A stretch of 62,693 nucleotides of DNA from a virus. Lineage: Duplodnaviria > Caudoviricetes. Below, piece by piece: positions 57,416 through 62,693 of this stretch; positions within the stretch are counted from its first letter, which is position 1, and every line of letters begins with the position of its first letter. The notes below the pieces were generated by a model. It saw only the letters and a program-made list of their open reading frames with translations, was not told where the DNA came from and ran no database searches. A program made the translations under genes and the position numbers. The stretch lies in IMG/VR virus record IMGVR_UViG_3300047379_001393, positions 1 to 62,693 of that record; one strand, 5' to 3'.

Positions 57416-58089
57416 TGAAAATTCCAAAAATAATTCACTATTGCTGGTTTGGCAAGGGTCAAAAAAACGAACTGATTAAAAAATGTATCAATAGCTGGAA
57501 AATTCATTTGCCAGACTATAAAATTATAGAGTGGAATGAAGATAATATTTATGAAACTCATCCGTACCTAGAAAGCTGCCTGATCAATAAAAATTGGTCA
57601 AACGCATCAAATTATTGGAGGTGCGAATGCCTTAAAAAATTCGGCGGTATTTACTTTGATACAGATGTAGAAGTTTTTAAAAGTTTTAATTCACTTCTTG
57701 ATGACAAATGTTTTCTTGGATTTCAGGTATCTGGACTAGATCACCTCAATAAACTGAGCTCGCTCGGATTAGATGCTGATAAAGAATTAGTTAATGGCGC
57801 GATAATTGGGGCTCAAAGAAATCACCGTTTTATAAATTTACTCAAAGAATATGTGATTAATCATTTTGACGGAACAGAAAATTCCAATCTCTCTGGGCCA
57901 TTCTCAACTTCAGAAGTTTTAAAGTCTATTGGTTTAGATCTTTTTGATACATCCTCTTTAGGCGAAGGCGTAAAAATTTACAGCAATAAGTTTTTTTACC
58001 CAACGCCTTGGTGGGAGAGAGAGTTTGACGCCAAAAAAGATTTGTATAAAGAAACTTTTTGCGTCCATCACTGGACGCATCTCTGGTAA
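57415..58089 (+). CDS. GT32 (Och1-like, DXD) glycosyltransferase
   Basis: IPKIIHYCWFG, GGIYFDTDVE, SGP, HHW. Confidence 0.9.
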   Translation: MKIPKIIHYCWFGKGQKNELIKKCINSWKIHLPDYKIIEWNEDNIYETHPYLESCLINKNWSNASNYWRCECLKKFGGIYFDTDVEVFKSFNSLLDDKCFLGFQVSGLDHLNKLSSLGLDADKELVNGAIIGAQRNHRFINLLKEYVINHFDGTENSNLSGPFSTSEVLKSIGLDLFDTSSLGEGVKIYSNKFFYPTPWWEREFDAKKDLYKETFCVHHWTHLW

Positions 58090-58105
58090 TTTTACTTAAC
58101 ATATT

Positions 58106-59026
58106 ATGAAATTAAAAAACAAAAAAAAAGCACTAGTAACGGGAGGAGCTGGATTCATAGGCTCTCATGTGGTAGAACAACTTCTAGACTTGGATTTCAA
58201 AGTTGTTGTGGTTGACAACGAATCTTCGGATGTCCATGATCATTTTTATTGGAGAACTAATACCGAGAACCATAAGGTAGATATTTGCGATTATGAAAAA
58301 TTCAGCCCTTTATGCAAAGATGTAGAAGTAATTTTTCATCTCGCTGCAGAAGCCAGAATTCAACCAACTTTAGTTAATCCTATATTGGCCGCACAAAGTA
58401 ATACTGTAGGCACCTGTTGTGTTCTTCAGGCTGCTAGAGAAAATGGAGTTAAAAGAGTAGTATATAGCTCAACCTCTTCCGCCTATGGATTAAAAAATCC
58501 TTGCCCGCTCAAGGAAGATATGCCAAAAGATTGCTTGAATCCTTATTCAGTGACCAAAACTTCAGGCGAAGAGCTGTGTAAAATGTATACTAATCTTTTC
58601 GGCCTTGAAACGGTTTGTTTCCGATATTTTAATGTTTACGGGGAAAGGCAACCCTTGAAAGGGCAATACGCTCCACTTATAGGTATATTTTTTAGACAAA
58701 AATCAGAAGGGAAACCCATGACTATTGTTGGAGACGGAACGCAAAGAAGAGACTTTACTTATGTTAAAGATATTGCTCGTGCAAATATTTTGGCCGCAGA
58801 TTTAAGCAACAAAAAAGTTGTGGGCGAATTAATGAACTTAGGCACAGGAACTAATCACTCTGTTGTAGAAATTAAAGATTTAATAGGTGGCGATTTTGTA
58901 CATATTGAAGCCAGGCAGGGCGAAGCTAAAGAAACTCTTGCAGATAATAATAAAGCAAAGCAACTTTTAGAATGGGTTCCCAAACAAGACTTTGCAGAAT
59001 GGGTTCATCAAAACAAACCAAAATAA
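58106..59026 (+). CDS. NAD-dependent nucleotide-sugar epimerase/dehydratase
   Basis: VTGGAGFIGSH, HLAA, YSVTK, RYFNVYG, GDGTQRRDFTYV. Confidence 0.93.
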   Translation: MKLKNKKKALVTGGAGFIGSHVVEQLLDLDFKVVVVDNESSDVHDHFYWRTNTENHKVDICDYEKFSPLCKDVEVIFHLAAEARIQPTLVNPILAAQSNTVGTCCVLQAARENGVKRVVYSSTSSAYGLKNPCPLKEDMPKDCLNPYSVTKTSGEELCKMYTNLFGLETVCFRYFNVYGERQPLKGQYAPLIGIFFRQKSEGKPMTIVGDGTQRRDFTYVKDIARANILAADLSNKKVVGELMNLGTGTNHSVVEIKDLIGGDFVHIEARQGEAKETLADNNKAKQLLEWVPKQDFAEWVHQNKPK

Positions 59027-60047
59027 TGTGAAAGATTGCAAACAAAAAATAATTAAAAAAAATTTTTCATGTAATCCGAATCAAGATTCAATCACGTTAA
59101 TTTGCGTTTTTAGAGACGAAGAGCTATTAATACCTCATTTTATAAACTATTATGAAAAAATGGGGGTTTCTCATTTTATTTTTATAGACAATTCATCAAT
59201 AGATAAATCTATTGAAAAAATTTCAACTCACTGCACCAAAGATTATAGAATTGTAGAGAGAGTAGGAAATTATTCTCAAGCGAACTTCGGGGTGGATTGG
59301 GCGACAGAGGAGTTAGATTTATTTTGCAAAAATACTTGGTGCGGAGTAGTAGATATAGATGAATTTATTTTACTTCAAAACGATGCAAATTTTAATCAAT
59401 TAAAAAAAGAAATGCTCGCCTCTAAAGCGAATGTTTGTGAGTTTATTTTGTGTGAATTTTATCCGAAGTCTTTTCCTAAAAATGTCGAACCCTTTGATCC
59501 TTTCATCCACTCTGATTATTATGACAACTTCTATAATCCCGATTATTTTTCAACTAGATTCTATAAAAAAACTAATAAAGGTTCTTTTGGAATCTGGGGT
59601 GGACTCAGGAAGCGTATATTCTCAGAAACAATTTCAGAAAATAGAAAATACTGCTTAAACAAAAAACTTTTTTTTAATTATGATTTTTACAATCACTGCA
59701 AACTTTCAGCGGGAATGCATTGGCTAGACGACAAAAATGAACAAACAACTAATCAAAAAATCAAATATTTTGAGCATAAAAAAATAGTGGCGCATTTTAA
59801 ATTTGTAAAACCTGATATAATAAATTTCTTTAAAAAACGAATCAAAAGAAATCAAGATTGGCAAGGTTGCGAAGAATACAAAAGCTATGTAAAAAATTTT
59901 CAAACCTCCTTCTTCAAGGACGGGTTCAGCGAATCATTCCGCAATGTTAATGAATTATATCAAAAAACTTTAGACCCTTTAATGAATTATTTACCGACAG
60001 AAGATATAAGCAAATTTTCTATACAAGAGATTAAACCGCATGAATAA
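58992..60047 (+). CDS. GT2-like glycosyltransferase (Glyco_tranf_2_4 type)
   Basis: FRDE...FI.YY..MGV.HF.FIDN.S.D, W..VVDIDEF, HFKF; true start may be GTG 59028. Confidence 0.8.
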   Translation: MQNGFIKTNQNNVKDCKQKIIKKNFSCNPNQDSITLICVFRDEELLIPHFINYYEKMGVSHFIFIDNSSIDKSIEKISTHCTKDYRIVERVGNYSQANFGVDWATEELDLFCKNTWCGVVDIDEFILLQNDANFNQLKKEMLASKANVCEFILCEFYPKSFPKNVEPFDPFIHSDYYDNFYNPDYFSTRFYKKTNKGSFGIWGGLRKRIFSETISENRKYCLNKKLFFNYDFYNHCKLSAGMHWLDDKNEQTTNQKIKYFEHKKIVAHFKFVKPDIINFFKKRIKRNQDWQGCEEYKSYVKNFQTSFFKDGFSESFRNVNELYQKTLDPLMNYLPTEDISKFSIQEIKPHE

Positions 60048-60855
60048 ATTAAAAGAAAAAATCGTATACATACATATCCCCAAATGCGCAGGAAATACTT
60101 TCTTCAGAGGTCTATCTGAGGCGAAAGATACTAAATTAGCAATGATGCAAGATTCGGTTGCGATTTACAATAGCACACAAGCTATTTATCCACACAACAA
60201 TAGAGATGAATTTGAGGCGCAGCTTCTTTTGACCAAGCAAACCTTACTTTCTTTTCATTTATTTCAGCCACACGAATTAATAGGGGGGCATTTTGTATTT
60301 AGTCCGATGATCTATAATAAGATGAAACATAGGGTTAATTTTTTCACTACGCTAAGGCACCCTAAAGAAAGATTAAAATCTCATATAACCTATTTACTTC
60401 TAGGCCACCCATTAAGAACAGGTAATAGGAAATTAGTTGAAAGCTTTTTAAATGGCGAGTTAGATATAGAAAAAGCGGTGTGGAATATTTTGCTCGGAGA
60501 GGAAATGGTTTGGTTGGCGAAATCGCAATCCTTATATCTTGGCGGACTTAATGATCGAGGGAAACCTGACTTGCAAAACTGCACATCAAATGCAATGAAT
60601 AACCTTCATCTGTTCGATCTTGTAGGATTAACCGAGAACCTTGATGAATTTGCGTTAAAATTTTATAAAAAATTCAATAAAAACTTTTCAATTTCATATT
60701 TGAATACGATAAAAGAGTCTAGCGAAAACAGCCCTTTAATTAAGAAGATTCATGATATAACAGATAATGATATTACGGCTAGAGATAAACTTGAGGAACT
60801 AAGCAAACAAGATATGATCTTGTATGAATACGCCCGTAAAGCAAATCTATCTTAG
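60040..60855 (+). CDS. Sulfotransferase family 2 protein
   Basis: YIHIPKCAGNT (PAPS 5'-phosphosulfate loop), TTLRHPKERLKS, VGLTE, D..LY. Confidence 0.82.
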   Translation: MNKLKEKIVYIHIPKCAGNTFFRGLSEAKDTKLAMMQDSVAIYNSTQAIYPHNNRDEFEAQLLLTKQTLLSFHLFQPHELIGGHFVFSPMIYNKMKHRVNFFTTLRHPKERLKSHITYLLLGHPLRTGNRKLVESFLNGELDIEKAVWNILLGEEMVWLAKSQSLYLGGLNDRGKPDLQNCTSNAMNNLHLFDLVGLTENLDEFALKFYKKFNKNFSISYLNTIKESSENSPLIKKIHDITDNDITARDKLEELSKQDMILYEYARKANLS

Positions 60856-60867
60856 ATTAATATTTTA

Positions 60868-61227
60868 CTAACCCATATATATCAATCCTAATTTTTCAGA
60901 TATTGCTACTTTTTCCGATTTAGACATGCTGCAGAAAAAATTAGTAACATACTCCTGAATCCTTATTTCTCTTTTCTCTGGAGAACCATTAACCCAATCA
61001 AAAGTCAAAGAATGGGTTACATTATGTATTAAATAATTTTTGATTTCTTCATCCAGCAATTTACTATAAATTTCAATTTTTTCTTTTGTTGTCATGCTTT
61101 CGTATTTCATTTTCGCTTCTAACATGCACCCCGTTTTTCTCAAAACTTCCGAGGAAACTTGTGAAACCACAACGCATTCTTGATACAAATAATCAAGCAC
61201 CATTTGACGCTCTTTTGTTTTTAGCAT
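60868..61227 (-). CDS. Hypothetical protein
   Basis: ORF 60868..61251; ATG 61227 preferred because a GTGTA motif (61237-61241, minus strand) lies 9 nt upstream. Confidence 0.65.
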   Translation of the reverse strand: MLKTKERQMVLDYLYQECVVVSQVSSEVLRKTGCMLEAKMKYESMTTKEKIEIYSKLLDEEIKNYLIHNVTHSLTFDWVNGSPEKREIRIQEYVTNFFCSMSKSEKVAISEKLGLIYMG

Positions 61228-61257
61228 ATTAATATATACACTATCATTCATTTAAAC

Positions 61258-61286
61258 TTGACAATTTCAAAGGTCTAAGCTATAAT
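61258..61286 (+). promoter_or_regulatory. Consensus sigma70 promoter (probable leaderless transcript)
   Basis: TTGACA-N17-TATAAT; in-frame ATG 6 nt downstream (61293). Confidence 0.85.
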
Positions 61287-61292
61287 ATGGCT

Positions 61293-61553
61293 ATGTTCGA
61301 AGATGGTATAGCAAATGAATTTGAAGAAGCTCATCAAAAAGGATTGAACCGCGGATTCGATCTTGGATGGACTTATAAAGGTCAGTTTGATCGATCAATT
61401 ATTCGTGGTCACATCGATCAACTCAACAAACAAGAGAAAAAAGTGTCTGATCCAGAAACAATATTGAGAATACTATCTCAAAAAGATATTCTACGTCAAA
61501 CTTTGAGAGACATTGAAGGTCATCCCTGCAATAGAGAAAAAATATATAAATGA
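61293..61553 (+). CDS. Hypothetical protein
   Basis: ORF directly behind a consensus promoter; ATG 61287 abuts the -10 box so 61293 is preferred. Confidence 0.7.
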   Translation: MFEDGIANEFEEAHQKGLNRGFDLGWTYKGQFDRSIIRGHIDQLNKQEKKVSDPETILRILSQKDILRQTLRDIEGHPCNREKIYK

Positions 61554-61714
61554 ATAACTATACATTAGATATTTCTAAAGAAGAATGGATACAGGCTTTT
61601 GTCAATGAATGGGTCTTGAAGTGGTGCAAAAAAAATCACCCAGAAGTTTTCGAGCAAGCAAAACAAAAGTTATCTGAAATTTATGATGAAAAAACTACTA
61701 ATACTATTGATTAG
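61550..61714 (+). CDS. Small hypothetical protein (54 aa, absent from the ORF track)
   Basis: MNNYTLDISKEEWIQAFVNEWVLKWCKKNHPEVFEQAKQKLSEIYDEKTTNTID*; ATGA overlap with upstream stop. Confidence 0.6.
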   Translation: MNNYTLDISKEEWIQAFVNEWVLKWCKKNHPEVFEQAKQKLSEIYDEKTTNTID

Positions 61715-61991
61715 CATAGCATTTTACGGCTGCAATGTAACAAAAAGCAAAAATAATACTATAAGCAAGTATATCCAAGGGCCAATTAATGAAATACAAA
61801 TTAATCCTGTACCACAGCCTTTTCATATGACGCACCCTTATGTGATCTGGGTGAATGGCGAAAGACTACCTATGTCCAGGCAAGATATTATTTTAGTTGC
61901 CAACGAATTTAATCTATCATTAGAGCCGCCAGAAGATACAGCCGAATTACACAATGGGGATGGCTGGCAGAATTTAGTACGATTTAAATAG
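61683..61991 (+). CDS. Putative lipoprotein
   Basis: MKKLLILLISIAFYGC signal peptide with lipobox-like FYGC. Confidence 0.65.
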   Translation: MMKKLLILLISIAFYGCNVTKSKNNTISKYIQGPINEIQINPVPQPFHMTHPYVIWVNGERLPMSRQDIILVANEFNLSLEPPEDTAELHNGDGWQNLVRFK

Positions 61992-62023
61992 ACTTGCTGA
62001 AGATCTTTGTGTATATATATTGC

Positions 62024-62693
62024 ATGAAGATAAAAACAACCAATACCTCTTATATTGGGTTGCCAATATGCCCAACGAGTTTTTTTAATACATCAACCGT
62101 CAATATAACTATTGATTGGGGAGATTCCACAACAGAATCATTTTCTTCACTAAGTGATAGTAATATCACTCAAGTAAATGATGGCTCTGGCAATGTAATT
62201 GCAAATATTTTCTGTCACAACTACTCATCTGCAGGTATTTATACAATAACCATTACTGGAGGTTTTGGAAGTGTTGGTAATGAAAAGTTGGCCTTTGTCC
62301 AACAATCAAAACAATCAAATGGAGATGCAGAAGATATTTCTGAATCTTTAGGAGACGCGTCTCTTTCAAAAATTACAGAAATAGAGGGTGGGTCTAATTT
62401 CTATATACATGGACAGGGCGACTTTAAAGGTTTCACTAATTTGACAAAAATAGACGACGGGGCATCCGCCTTGCTTTCAGATGCTCCTGCCTCGTCAATT
62501 GTTTTAAGCTCTAATTCAAGTGCAACCATGCTAATGGATAAAACTTTTGAAGATTGCTCCTCTCTGACAGATATTGATTTTGTGCCCGAAAGCATGACAA
62601 GCGCTCAATATACTTTTAAAAATTCATCTTATTCACCTGATCCATTATGGAAAATTCATGACAATTGGGATATGTCAAACGTAGTCAGCACAA
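62024..62693 (+). CDS. PKD-like + BspA/DUF285-like repeat surface protein (3' partial)
   Basis: Frame open to the window end: TIDWGD...HNYSSAGIYTITITG...TFEDCSSL...NWDMSNV; GTGTA 10 nt upstream of ATG. Confidence 0.75.
   Translation, partial: MKIKTTNTSYIGLPICPTSFFNTSTVNITIDWGDSTTESFSSLSDSNITQVNDGSGNVIANIFCHNYSSAGIYTITITGGFGSVGNEKLAFVQQSKQSNGDAEDISESLGDASLSKITEIEGGSNFYIHGQGDFKGFTNLTKIDDGASALLSDAPASSIVLSSNSSATMLMDKTFEDCSSLTDIDFVPESMTSAQYTFKNSSYSPDPLWKIHDNWDMSNVVST

Noticed and set aside
1-62693. Giant eukaryotic virus or bacterial chromosome origin, suggested by the many glycosyltransferases
   Set aside because: Lambda-like tail tip genes, a tape measure protein, sigma70 promoters and phage-style gene packing without housekeeping operons indicate a bacteriophage.
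1-62693. Stop-codon reassignment
   Set aside because: Long genes read uninterrupted in code 11 and TAA, TAG and TGA all serve as stops at coupled gene junctions.

Overview
AT-rich, gene-dense 62.7 kb segment of a large tailed dsDNA phage (Caudoviricetes, long non-contractile tail type; standard code 11 reads all genes). Four blocks: (1) 1-8.4 kb, a sugar-nucleotide/glycosyltransferase cassette mixed with putative ssDNA-binding and annealing genes; (2) 8.4-45.4 kb, a tail morphogenesis region split over both strands, with lambda-like tail tip genes (I-J fusion, K, L, duplicated M), a 2137-aa tape measure protein, four tail-tube-like paralogs, neck genes and fibres; (3) 45.4-54.8 kb, nucleotide metabolism and recombination genes (NDT-like, guaC, dCMP deaminase, dUTPase, PPase, RuvB-like, nucleases) and a complete tmRNA; (4) 55-62.7 kb, a second glycan-modifying cluster and a partial BspA-like gene. 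Two apparent promoter classes are visible: sigma70-type promoters that would give leaderless mRNAs, and a recurring GTGTA motif in front of structural and glycan genes. No capsid, terminase, polymerase, integrase, tRNA or CRISPR array was seen. All functional calls come from motif recognition by eye; no database search was run.
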